Shown in pieces: positions 38,652-47,299 of a DNA stretch of 64,000 bases. Where the stretch lies: positions 20,988 through 84,987 of the IMG/VR virus record IMGVR_UViG_3300030330_003356; one strand, written 5' to 3'. A program made the position numbers and the translations under genes. The first letter of the stretch is position 1. Each line of letters starts with the position of its first letter. The DNA is from a virus. Taxonomy: Duplodnaviria; Caudoviricetes. A model generated the notes under the pieces. That model ran no database searches and was not told the DNA's origin. It saw nothing but the letters and a program-made list of their open reading frames with translations.

Positions 38652-39303
38652 TTCTACTCTTTCTCTTCTCAAGAACTTTTCTTCTATCAATCAGTCGATT
38701 CTTTTCAAAGAGGGTAGCAAACTTCGCACTATCAGTGTGATGAAAAATATTCTCGCAGAAGCAACTGTTAATGAAGAGTTTGCTCGCGACTTTGGCATCT
38801 ATGATCTCAACCAGTTCCTCAATGGTTTGAGTCTGCACCAAAAACCTGAACTTGACTTCGCTAATGATGGTTATGTGGTGATCCGAGAAGGACGTTCTCG
38901 CTCAAAGTATTTCTTTGCTGATCCTTCTGTCATTGTCACTCCTCCCGACAAAGAGATTACACTTCCTAGTGAAGATGTCTGCTTTGAACTCACCACCACT
39001 GTCCTTGAGAAACTTCTGAAGGCAGCGGCTGTCTATCAACTCCCTGATATCTCTGCTGTTGGTGAAGCAGGTGTTGTGAAGTTGGTTGTTCGTGATAAGA
39101 AGAACGACACATCTAACGCTCACGAAGAAGTTGTTGGTGAAACTGATGCCACCTTTAACTTCAACTTCAAGGTTGAGAACATCAAGATTCTTCCTGGAAC
39201 TTATGAAGTTGTTGTGTCTCAGAAACTCCTGTCTCGATTCACCAGCAAGAATCACGATCTGACTTACTACATTGCACTGGAACCCGATTCCACTTTTGGT
39301 TGA
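38638..39303 (+). CDS. gp45: Sliding clamp gp45
   Basis: MKLSDSTLSLLKNFSSINQSI, FGIYDLNQFL, YFFADPSVI, YYIALEPDS; start at the second Met of the track ORF. Confidence 0.93.
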   Translation: MKLSDSTLSLLKNFSSINQSILFKEGSKLRTISVMKNILAEATVNEEFARDFGIYDLNQFLNGLSLHQKPELDFANDGYVVIREGRSRSKYFFADPSVIVTPPDKEITLPSEDVCFELTTTVLEKLLKAAAVYQLPDISAVGEAGVVKLVVRDKKNDTSNAHEEVVGETDATFNFNFKVENIKILPGTYEVVVSQKLLSRFTSKNHDLTYYIALEPDSTFG

Positions 39304-39319
39304 TTAAACCTTTTACATT

Positions 39320-40264
39320 ATGCGTGATGAATTTCTGTGGGTGGAAAAATACCGCCCACGTAAAATTGAAGAGTGTATACTTCCTGACAATATCAAAAAA
39401 ACGTTCCTTGACTTCCTAGATAAAGGAGAGGTGCCTAATCTTCTTCTTGCAGGCCCCGCAGGTTGTGGCAAGACGACGGTTGCAAAGGCGCTTTGTACTG
39501 AACTTGGGGTAGACTATTATGTCATCAATGGATCCGATGAGGGACGATTCCTTGATACTGTCCGAAATAATGCGAAGAATTTCGCTTCGACCGTCTCACT
39601 TGCGTCAACTGCAAAACACAAAGTCATCATCATTGATGAGGCAGATAACACAACCAATGATGTACAACTCCTCCTACGGGCGTTTATTGAGGAGTTTAGT
39701 GCAAACTGCAGATTCATCTTTACCTGCAACTACAAAAACAAAATCGTTGAACCACTCCACTCTCGATGTGCAGTCGTCGAGTTTGGAATCAAAGGAAAAG
39801 AGAAGCAGCAAATTGCTGCAGGATTCTTCAAACGTCTCCAAGAAATCTTGGGTGCAGAAGGTGTTGAATATGATAACAAGGTCCTGGTAGAATTAATCAA
39901 CAAACATTTTCCTGATTGGCGTCGAGTTCTAAATGAAATACAGCGATACTCGTCGGGTGGAGCGATCGACGCTGGAATCCTGGCAACGTTTTCAGATGTT
40001 AAAGTTAACAACCTTATCTCAAACCTTAAACAAAAGAACTTCCCTGAAGTTCGGAAGTGGGTGGTGGATAATCTGGACAATGATTCTGGTGTACTTATGC
40101 GTCGTATTTACGATGCTCTTTATACATCCTTGGCAAACTCTAGTATTCCTGCTGCTGTGCTTATCATTGCTAAGTATCAGTATCAGATTGCCTTCGTTGC
40201 GGATCAAGAAATAAACTTGCTGGCTTGTCTGACTGAGATTATGGTGGAGTGTGAATTCAAATGA
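39320..40264 (+). CDS. gp44: Clamp loader large subunit gp44
   Basis: LWVEKYRP, GPAGCGKTT, IIIDEADN, FIFTCN, PLHSRC. Confidence 0.96.
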   Translation: MRDEFLWVEKYRPRKIEECILPDNIKKTFLDFLDKGEVPNLLLAGPAGCGKTTVAKALCTELGVDYYVINGSDEGRFLDTVRNNAKNFASTVSLASTAKHKVIIIDEADNTTNDVQLLLRAFIEEFSANCRFIFTCNYKNKIVEPLHSRCAVVEFGIKGKEKQQIAAGFFKRLQEILGAEGVEYDNKVLVELINKHFPDWRRVLNEIQRYSSGGAIDAGILATFSDVKVNNLISNLKQKNFPEVRKWVVDNLDNDSGVLMRRIYDALYTSLANSSIPAAVLIIAKYQYQIAFVADQEINLLACLTEIMVECEFK

Positions 40265-40449
40265 CAGAGCAGGAATTAGAACGAGAAAGATGTGTTGATG
40301 ACGACTATGAAGTTGTCAATAATTACTATCGTGCTAAATATTGGCACCCAAATATTCCATTCTATCTACAAGATGAGAATGGAGATACTTATGAGTTTGG
40401 GTGGAAATTAATTTATGAGTATATCGCTAACTTAAATGATACTGACTGA
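40261..40449 (+). CDS. Hypothetical protein, 62 aa
   Basis: ATGA overlap with gp44; continuous packing. Confidence 0.6.
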   Translation: MTEQELERERCVDDDYEVVNNYYRAKYWHPNIPFYLQDENGDTYEFGWKLIYEYIANLNDTD

Positions 40450-41500
40450 GAGTGATGCGGTTTATGCCGCAGATAAATTTATTAATTATTATACTCAGTT
40501 CAATCGTATTGATGATTATCTAAGGCACATCAAAGAAGATAGAGGTGAGAACAGATCAGGATATCTTCCTGGTTTTGGTGCAGACTCAGACATGTTTGAC
40601 AAGTTTGACATGCACCCTAATGACATGAATTTTGAAGTTCATGTTGTTGATACTGATGCAAAAAGTCGTTCAAAGTATAATCAGTGGCTCTATTCAGAGA
40701 CGCTGAATTTGACTGCATCTAATCCTATTGAAGAAGCAATTCCTGGTAGGACACATAAATGGATTGTAGTTGAAACAAACACAGACAAGGTTGTTGGTGT
40801 TGTGAGGTTTGGTTCACCCACAATCAATAGTAAACCTCGCAATAATTACTTTGGTGAAGTCAAGTCTCTTGGTGATATTAATGCTCATTTCGTTATGGGT
40901 TTCAATATCGTTCCTACTCAACCTTTCGGATACAATTATCTCGGTGGTAAGTTGCTTGCACTTCTAGCATCATCAAAAGAACTGAAGCAACAGTTTGATG
41001 AGAAGTATGGAACAGATCTTAAATACTTTGAGACTACATCTCTCTATGGAACCACTAAGGGTGTGTCAATGTATGATGGACTCAAACCGTTCCTAAGGCA
41101 TATTGGAGATACTGAGAGTAAGTTCTTACCACTGTTTCATGATGATGTGTTTAGAGACTTCTTCTGGTGGTTCAACGAACGTAACGGTGGAGAGCGTTTG
41201 ATTTCTGCTGATAAGTCCTCAAAGAAACTGAAGATTCAAGTCAAGATGATTTCTATCATCAAGAACTCTTTGAAGGATGATGACAAACTAAAGCAGTTCA
41301 ACGATTGCATTGATCATGCAATGTCTCTTACAGAAAAGAAAAGATATTATCTTGGAGACTTCCGTCACACTTCTGAAGAAGTAATCACCTGGTGGAAGAA
41401 GAAAGCATCCAAGCGTTTTGAAAAACTTAAGTCTGAAGACAGAGTAAGAACTGAACTTGAGATTTGGGGATCTACAGAAAATATGGAGATCATTAGATAA
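40436..41500 (+). CDS. DUF4338 / Druantia DruA-like protein
   Basis: IPGR...VVGVVRFGSP...PFGYNYLGGKLLALL...FETTSLYG resembles the DruA/DUF4338 pattern. Confidence 0.6.
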   Translation: MILTESDAVYAADKFINYYTQFNRIDDYLRHIKEDRGENRSGYLPGFGADSDMFDKFDMHPNDMNFEVHVVDTDAKSRSKYNQWLYSETLNLTASNPIEEAIPGRTHKWIVVETNTDKVVGVVRFGSPTINSKPRNNYFGEVKSLGDINAHFVMGFNIVPTQPFGYNYLGGKLLALLASSKELKQQFDEKYGTDLKYFETTSLYGTTKGVSMYDGLKPFLRHIGDTESKFLPLFHDDVFRDFFWWFNERNGGERLISADKSSKKLKIQVKMISIIKNSLKDDDKLKQFNDCIDHAMSLTEKKRYYLGDFRHTSEEVITWWKKKASKRFEKLKSEDRVRTELEIWGSTENMEIIR

Positions 41501-41868
41501 TGGAACTCAAAGATTGGTTGAACTCTATCAACTTTACAAAAGAAGATTTGTCTGAGGACATGAAGTCCTACCCACCATATATCGTCAATCGTTGCTTATC
41601 TGGACATATTGATTGTGTATTGTTCGCTAATGAGATGAACAAGAATCACTTTCTTGATAAAGATATGCAATATAAATTTTATCTAAATAGTCTGAGGAAA
41701 AAGAAGAGATTTTCTCCCTGGCTCCGTAAGGATAAAGTCACGGATCTCGAAAGTGTCAAACAATACTATGGTTATAGTAATGAGAAGGCATGTCAAGCTC
41801 TGAAAATCCTGACACAAGAACAGATTAACTTTATTAAAAAACGACTTGACGTTGGAGGAACAAAATGA
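41500..41868 (+). CDS. gp62: Clamp loader small subunit gp62
   Basis: DWLNSIN, YPPYIVNRCLS, FANEMN, RKKKRFSPW, YYGYSNEKA. Confidence 0.92.
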   Translation: MELKDWLNSINFTKEDLSEDMKSYPPYIVNRCLSGHIDCVLFANEMNKNHFLDKDMQYKFYLNSLRKKKRFSPWLRKDKVTDLESVKQYYGYSNEKACQALKILTQEQINFIKKRLDVGGTK

Positions 41869-42308
41869 GTAATACTGTGGAACCTCAGTATCACTGGACT
41901 CAGGATCAGATGATCGAAGTCCTACTTAATGAACCAGATGATTTCCTAAAGGTAAGAGAGACACTGACAAGAATTGGAGTTGCTTCTAGGAAAGAGAAGA
42001 AACTTTATCAGTCTTGTCACATTCTTCATAAGCAGGGCAAGTATTATATTGTCCACTTTAAGGAATTGTTTGCTCTGGATGGAAAGCACGCCAATCTTTC
42101 TATCAATGATGTTCAGCGCCGCAATCGTATTGTCCGTCTGCTTTCGGACTGGGGATTGATCTCTATCGTCGATGAAGATACGGTTCTTGACATCGCCCCT
42201 CTGAACCAAATCAAAGTTCTTTCTTACAAGGACAAGGGTGAGTGGATTCTTGAGCAGAAATATAATATTGGTAAGAAAGGCAAAGAGAATGCTCAACAAA
42301 CTGAATAA
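41865..42308 (+). CDS. regA: Translational repressor RegA
   Basis: DDFLKVRETLTRIGVA, LYQSCHILHKQGKYYIVHFKELFALDG, WILEQKYNIG. Confidence 0.96.
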   Translation: MSNTVEPQYHWTQDQMIEVLLNEPDDFLKVRETLTRIGVASRKEKKLYQSCHILHKQGKYYIVHFKELFALDGKHANLSINDVQRRNRIVRLLSDWGLISIVDEDTVLDIAPLNQIKVLSYKDKGEWILEQKYNIGKKGKENAQQTE

Positions 42309-42312
42309 AATC

Positions 42313-42348
42313 AAGGGAGGTTGACACCTCCTTTTTTTGTGCTATATT
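42313..42348 (+). promoter_or_regulatory. Dual element: terminator whose loop is a TTGACA -35 box, with -10 TATATT
   Basis: AAGGGAGG-TTGACA-CCTCCTTT plus T tract; -35 at 42321-42326, 16-nt spacer, TATATT at 42343-42348. Confidence 0.75.
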
Positions 42349-42412
42349 AACTAAGTAACCTCCCACAACCACCTCTTGGTTAGTGGTTTTCGTATTTACA
42401 CCGAGGTAAATT

Positions 42413-43420
42413 GTGACTGTTAAAAGAAGTGATGGGACTACTGTACCCTTCCTACCGATTAAAGAAAGTGGAGACATCAATGCATATTGGATGCCATATG
42501 ATGAATACGCTAATCTTCCTGAAGTATTTTGTCAACGTAATACTGAAGGTCGTTTAAGTAAAGCAATAAAACATCTTGCTAAACTTCTCCCTGAACATTG
42601 TGTTGTTTTTGTTGCAAAACTGACTGAAAAGGATGAACTTTTTGGAAAGAAATATCCTGCTGGATATCTTTGGAGAATCGATTCTAATACTAGGGCGCTG
42701 AACTGGGAACGAGGTGGATCTGATTGTATTCCTAAAGATTTGCTAGTAATTGAGTATTCTTTTCCTTCATGCGAAAGAATTCGTGAATCTTATAACACTT
42801 TTGATTCTCCTGATAGTGTAGAAAGAAATCAGGAAAAACTTTATGGAATTCTGCAAGGAATGTATCGATACACTCCGCAGAATGATAAAATGATCAAAGG
42901 ACAAATTCTTTGTGCTCTGAACAAAGCATGTCATTTTTATTTTCCTGATACCTGGAATCAGCAAAATATTAGAACATCTGAGCTTCCTGGCCAGGTTGGT
43001 GCTTTCTTGGAGGAAATTAAAAAATTTGATGAAATCTGCACTAAGACTTCTCACTGGGATCAAGCACTTGTTTGTGCTGCTCTTATGGCACTTAAGAAAT
43101 ATGGAACTGATAATGATACTCTAAACGAGGCTCTTGGTTTCATTAATGATCGTGCTGCTGGATCTCGTAGAGGAAAAGATTGGGACGGAGTTACACATAT
43201 CATTCATGAATGGGAAACGGGAAAAAGATTCCCAGACAAACAAACTAATTGGCACAGATCCAATGGTTTAGATTACACAGTTCCTTTTGCACTCTATTGG
43301 ATTGATAAGTATGTGAAAGGTGAAACTGGAATTACATGTGGAAATAATTATAAGACGACTGCCGTAAAATATAAAGATCAAACAGTGTCTTCACTTAATC
43401 GTTTGCTTGGAATATCGTAA
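42413..43420 (+). CDS. ParB/Srx-like domain protein, 335 aa, GTG start
   Basis: FCQRNTE and WRIDSNTR resemble the QR...DGxHR/DGNTR motifs of ParB/DndB-like domains; GAGGT SD upstream. Confidence 0.5.
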   Translation: MTVKRSDGTTVPFLPIKESGDINAYWMPYDEYANLPEVFCQRNTEGRLSKAIKHLAKLLPEHCVVFVAKLTEKDELFGKKYPAGYLWRIDSNTRALNWERGGSDCIPKDLLVIEYSFPSCERIRESYNTFDSPDSVERNQEKLYGILQGMYRYTPQNDKMIKGQILCALNKACHFYFPDTWNQQNIRTSELPGQVGAFLEEIKKFDEICTKTSHWDQALVCAALMALKKYGTDNDTLNEALGFINDRAAGSRRGKDWDGVTHIIHEWETGKRFPDKQTNWHRSNGLDYTVPFALYWIDKYVKGETGITCGNNYKTTAVKYKDQTVSSLNRLLGIS

Positions 43421-43434
43421 AACCGAATAAAAAT

Positions 43435-43460
43435 GAGCGGGTTTCAACACCCCCTTTTTT
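43435..43460 (+). terminator. Imperfect intrinsic terminator after the ParB-like gene
   Basis: GAGCGGGT-TTCAAC-ACCCCCTT with one C-C mismatch, followed by a T tract. Confidence 0.5.
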
Positions 43461-43471
43461 GTGCTTAGTTG

Positions 43472-43536
43472 TATAATTAGTATGTACGCCGGAAGGGTAC
43501 ACACAACACACTCTCGCTTAAATAAGGAGAAGTCAA
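43472..43536 (+). promoter_or_regulatory. hsp20 -10 box and structured 5' UTR (ROSE-like RNA thermometer candidate)
   Basis: TATAAT at 43472-43477; hairpin GTAC(G)CC-GGAA-GGGTAC; hairpin TCTC(G)CTT-AAAT-AAGGAGA masking the SD. Confidence 0.65.
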
Positions 43537-43968
43537 ATGACAAACTTAATGAAGTTTAATGCTGCCGATTTGGATCAGTTGATGGATAAAATCACCCGTA
43601 ATTCTATCGGGATTGATGACTATCTGAACAACGTCTTCCATACCCAAACACAAAGCAACTATCCCCCATATAATGTTGTACAATTAAACAATACAGAGAC
43701 TAAACTTGAGATTGCTCTGGCTGGATTTACAAAAGATGAAATCAAAGTTTATACAGAGTATGGTAAACTCACAGTCAAAGGGGAGAAAGAAGCAACCACC
43801 GAGGAGGGACAATACCTTCATAAAGGACTTGCTCATAGGAACTTTGAAAGATCATGGACACTTGCTGAGGGAACGGAAGTTACTGATGTGACTTTTGAAA
43901 ATGGACTTCTCAGTGTGCTTGTGAAGAAGATTGTTCCTGAACACCATGCTCGTAAGGATTATCTCTAA
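43537..43968 (+). CDS. hsp20: Small heat-shock protein Hsp20 (IbpA-like)
   Basis: NYPPYNVV, EIALAGF, YLHKGLAHRNFERSWTL, FENGLLSV. Confidence 0.95.
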   Translation: MTNLMKFNAADLDQLMDKITRNSIGIDDYLNNVFHTQTQSNYPPYNVVQLNNTETKLEIALAGFTKDEIKVYTEYGKLTVKGEKEATTEEGQYLHKGLAHRNFERSWTLAEGTEVTDVTFENGLLSVLVKKIVPEHHARKDYL

Positions 43969-44048
43969 ATAAAACTGAATATCGTCGTCGCAGACGGAGG
44001 GGCAACTGGCCAAATCCAGTTGACGCCCCTCTTTTTTATTGCTAAACT
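43966..44048 (+). promoter_or_regulatory. Late promoter, short structured RNA and terminator overlapping a sigma70 promoter
   Basis: TAAATA at 43966-43971; hairpin GAGGGGCAACTGG / CCAGTT(GAC)GCCCCTC plus T6; TTGACG (44020-44025)-N17-TAAACT (44043-44048). Confidence 0.65.
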
Positions 44049-44069
44049 ACTAGGAGGTACACACTAAAG

Positions 44070-44432
44070 ATGACTGTAAAACTTTTGCTGCTGAAGTCCG
44101 GTGAGGACGTGATCGCTGATGTAAGTGAGATGGCAGTGGGTGAAGATGCCGACAAGAAAGTCCTTGGATATTTTCTTGATAAACCCTGTGTTGTCAAGAT
44201 TCTGAATGCTGAGCAGCAGGAAGAAGGAGATAAGAAGGCAGCGTTTAATGTTTCAATGTATCCCTGGTGCCCCCTTGCTGAAGATAGTGTTATCCCTCTT
44301 CCTGTAGACTGGGTGGTAACAATCGTTGAACCTAAACAAAAACTCAAAGAAATGTATTTGGAGGATGTAGTCGGAAATGGACAAACTAGTGAAGGTGATT
44401 CTGCTGACGAGCAATCAGAGACTGATCAGTGA
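44070..44432 (+). CDS. Conserved hypothetical protein (Sm-like beta pattern)
   Basis: KLLLLKSGEDVIADV...MYPWCPL...VPVDW-type pattern (LPVDWVVTIVEP); GGAGG SD; usual position after hsp20. Confidence 0.7.
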   Translation: MTVKLLLLKSGEDVIADVSEMAVGEDADKKVLGYFLDKPCVVKILNAEQQEEGDKKAAFNVSMYPWCPLAEDSVIPLPVDWVVTIVEPKQKLKEMYLEDVVGNGQTSEGDSADEQSETDQ

Positions 44433-44634
44433 AATCGAAGAGGTAGGTGCTGAGATTGGTGAACCTGATTGCAAGTTGATCAATCCCATGGAAATTTGTG
44501 AGGGTAATATGCTTGCTCCATGGATGATGGATCACACGATGCAAGACACTTTTATGATTAGTTCGGACAAGATCATCACACTTGCTGATCCTATGCCAAC
44601 ATTGCTTGAAAAATACTTAGAACAGACTAAATGA
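44377..44634 (+). CDS. Conserved hypothetical protein upstream of gp43
   Basis: LISEIEEVGAEIGEPDCKLINP...FMISSDKIITL. Confidence 0.7.
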   Translation: MDKLVKVILLTSNQRLISEIEEVGAEIGEPDCKLINPMEICEGNMLAPWMMDHTMQDTFMISSDKIITLADPMPTLLEKYLEQTK

Positions 44635-47129
44635 AATTTTACACCAACGTTCAGCTGATCGGTAATCAGTTTTTGGTTCGTGGAGTTGAAGACGGAAAGA
44701 GATTTGAGATTCGGGATAGTGAATTCTGTCCCACTCTTTTCGTCAAAAGTAAAAGAGAAACCAAGTACAAAACGCTGGATGGTGAGAGTGTAGAACCTAT
44801 TCAACCTGGACAGGTTCGTGACTGTCGTGAGTTCTATAAAAAGTATCAAGATGTAGATGGTTTTGCCATCTATGGTAATGATCGGTACATCTATCAATAC
44901 ATCTCTGAGAAGTATCCTCAGGATGAAGTCAAGTTTGACATCAGTAAGATTAAACTGGTGACACTTGATATTGAGACAACTGCTGAGCAAGGATTTCCTG
45001 ATGTTGAATCTGCTCAGGAACAGATCCTGGCGATTACTATTCAAGATTACACCTCCAAGCAGATTATCACCTGGGGCGTAAAACCATTCATCAACAAACA
45101 AAAGAATGTTACTTATCATCATTGTGTTGATGAGCACAGTCTTCTGAATAGTTTTATCAATCACTGGATGCAGGATGTACCTGATGTCATCACAGGTTGG
45201 AACATTCAACTGTTCGATATTCCATACATCTGTAAGCGTCTCAACAGGGTGCTTGGAGAGAAGTTGATGAAACGTTTCTCACCGTGGGGACTGGTGAGTG
45301 AAAGTGAAATGTATATTCAGGGACGTAAGCACATCATCTTTGATGTTGGTGGCGTTACTCAACTGGATTATCTTGATCTGTATAAGAAGTTTACTTATAA
45401 GGCACAGGAATCATATCGTCTGGATTATATTGCCAGTGTAGAACTTGGACAGAAGAAACTTGATCACTCCGAATACGATACATTCAAGGACTTCTACACA
45501 AACGGATGGCAGAAGTTTATTGAATACAACATCGTTGACGTAGAACTGGTTGACAGGTTGGAAGATAAGATGAAACTTATCGAACTTGCCCTGACGATGG
45601 CTTATGATGCTAAGGTGAATTATAACGATGTGTTCTATCAAGTCCGGATGTGGGACAACATCATTTATAACTATCTAAAGAAGAGGGATATTGTTATTCC
45701 TCAAAAACGCCAGACGGACAAGAACGAAAAGTACGCAGGTGCTTATGTCAAGGAACCGATTCCGGGAAAGTATGATTGGGTTGTCAGTTTTGATCTCAAC
45801 AGCCTTTATCCTCATCTTATTATGCAGTATAACATCTCCCCAGAGACGCTCTTGGATGAGAGACATCCCACAGTTACCGTTGATAAAATACTTAATGAAG
45901 AGATAAATTTTGAACTCTACAAGGACAATGCGATTTGTGCTAACGGTGCAATGTATCGCAAAGATGTTCGTGGGTTCTTACCTGAGTTGATGGAGAAGAT
46001 GTATGGAGATCGTGTTGTCTTCAAAAAGCGAATGCTCAAAGCCAAGCAAGAGTATGAGAAGACGCCTACTAAAGCACTTGAAAAAGAAATCGCCCGATGT
46101 AACAACATTCAAATGGCGAAGAAGATTTCTCTTAACTCTGCTTATGGTGCTATTGGCAATCAATATTTCCGCTATTACAAACTAGAGAACGCAGAAGCAA
46201 TTACTTTGTCGGGACAAGTTTCAATCCGTTGGATTGAACAGAAGATGAATGAATATCTAAATAATCTGTTAAAAACAGAGAAAGAGGATTACGTAATTGC
46301 ATCCGACACAGACTCAATTTATCTTAATCTTGGACCTGTTGTTGATAAATTTCTTGCTAATCGCTCTAGCGACAAAGCAAAGGTTGTGGAGTTACTTGAT
46401 ATGGTTTGTCGTGACAAACTGGAACCGTACATCGACGAATGTTATAGCAACCTCGCGACGTATGTATCGGCGTATGATCAGAAGATGCAGATGAAGCGTG
46501 AGAATATTGCTGATCGTGGTATCTGGACTGCGAAGAAGCGATATATTCTCAACGTGTGGGATAGTGAAGGTGTTCGCTACGAAGAACCTAAACTGAAGGT
46601 GATGGGTATTGAATCTGTCAAATCATCCACGCCGGCTCCTTGTCGCCAGATGTTGAAAGATGCATTCAAAATTTTGATGACTGGTTCTGAAGATGAGATG
46701 ATTAAGTTCATCGACTCTAAACGTGATGAGTTTAAGAAGTTGCCACCTGAGGAAGTGTCTTTCCCCAGATCTGTGTCTGACGTGGTAAAATATAAATCCC
46801 ACGCAAGCATCTACACTAAAGGAACTCCTATTCACGCTAGAGGCGCACTACTCTACAATCACTACATCAAAGAGAAAAAACTTGATGCCAAGTATTCTCT
46901 TATTCAGAACGGCGAGAAAATCAAGTTCTGTTATTTGAAAAAACCAAATCACATTCATGAGAATGTCATCTCATTCATTCAAGATTTTCCTAGGGAATTG
47001 AATCTTGACAAGTACGTTGATTACGACTTACAATTTGAAAAGTCATTCCTTGAACCTCTAAAAGCCATCCTTGATGCTATTGGATGGAGTGTTGAAAAAA
47101 CTGTAAACCTGGAACTATTTTTTGGCTGA
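44631..47129 (+). CDS. gp43: Family B DNA polymerase gp43
   Basis: ExoI LDIET, GWNIQLFD, SFDLNSLYP, KISLNSAYG, ASDTDS; uninterrupted 832 aa. Confidence 0.98.
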   Translation: MKFYTNVQLIGNQFLVRGVEDGKRFEIRDSEFCPTLFVKSKRETKYKTLDGESVEPIQPGQVRDCREFYKKYQDVDGFAIYGNDRYIYQYISEKYPQDEVKFDISKIKLVTLDIETTAEQGFPDVESAQEQILAITIQDYTSKQIITWGVKPFINKQKNVTYHHCVDEHSLLNSFINHWMQDVPDVITGWNIQLFDIPYICKRLNRVLGEKLMKRFSPWGLVSESEMYIQGRKHIIFDVGGVTQLDYLDLYKKFTYKAQESYRLDYIASVELGQKKLDHSEYDTFKDFYTNGWQKFIEYNIVDVELVDRLEDKMKLIELALTMAYDAKVNYNDVFYQVRMWDNIIYNYLKKRDIVIPQKRQTDKNEKYAGAYVKEPIPGKYDWVVSFDLNSLYPHLIMQYNISPETLLDERHPTVTVDKILNEEINFELYKDNAICANGAMYRKDVRGFLPELMEKMYGDRVVFKKRMLKAKQEYEKTPTKALEKEIARCNNIQMAKKISLNSAYGAIGNQYFRYYKLENAEAITLSGQVSIRWIEQKMNEYLNNLLKTEKEDYVIASDTDSIYLNLGPVVDKFLANRSSDKAKVVELLDMVCRDKLEPYIDECYSNLATYVSAYDQKMQMKRENIADRGIWTAKKRYILNVWDSEGVRYEEPKLKVMGIESVKSSTPAPCRQMLKDAFKILMTGSEDEMIKFIDSKRDEFKKLPPEEVSFPRSVSDVVKYKSHASIYTKGTPIHARGALLYNHYIKEKKLDAKYSLIQNGEKIKFCYLKKPNHIHENVISFIQDFPRELNLDKYVDYDLQFEKSFLEPLKAILDAIGWSVEKTVNLELFFG

Positions 47130-47299
47130 TGGATCTTCCTATCGATGATAAAGAACTCGCTACTATTGTGAGTGCATTGAGACTGGGTGGTGATGCCGCT
47201 CTGTATCAAAAATTGAATACTATTAAAAATATTCGTGAGGAAAACCCAGGTGGCCCTTACAAAAAGATCGCTCGTGAACAATTTGGATTTGTACTGTAA
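47129..47299 (+). CDS. 56-aa hypothetical protein, missing from the ORF track
   Basis: Hand translation MDLPIDDKELATIVSALRLGGDAALYQKLNTIKNIREENPGGPYKKIAREQFGFVL*; one-base stop/start overlaps on both sides. Confidence 0.7.
   Translation: MDLPIDDKELATIVSALRLGGDAALYQKLNTIKNIREENPGGPYKKIAREQFGFVL

Noticed and set aside
44532-45209. 225-aa minus-strand ORF, and similar long antisense ORFs (36868-37629, 33112-33678, 37371-37904, 47397-47894)
   Set aside because: All lie opposite well-supported core genes, lack recognisable motifs or SD sites, and are the expected shadow of codon bias.
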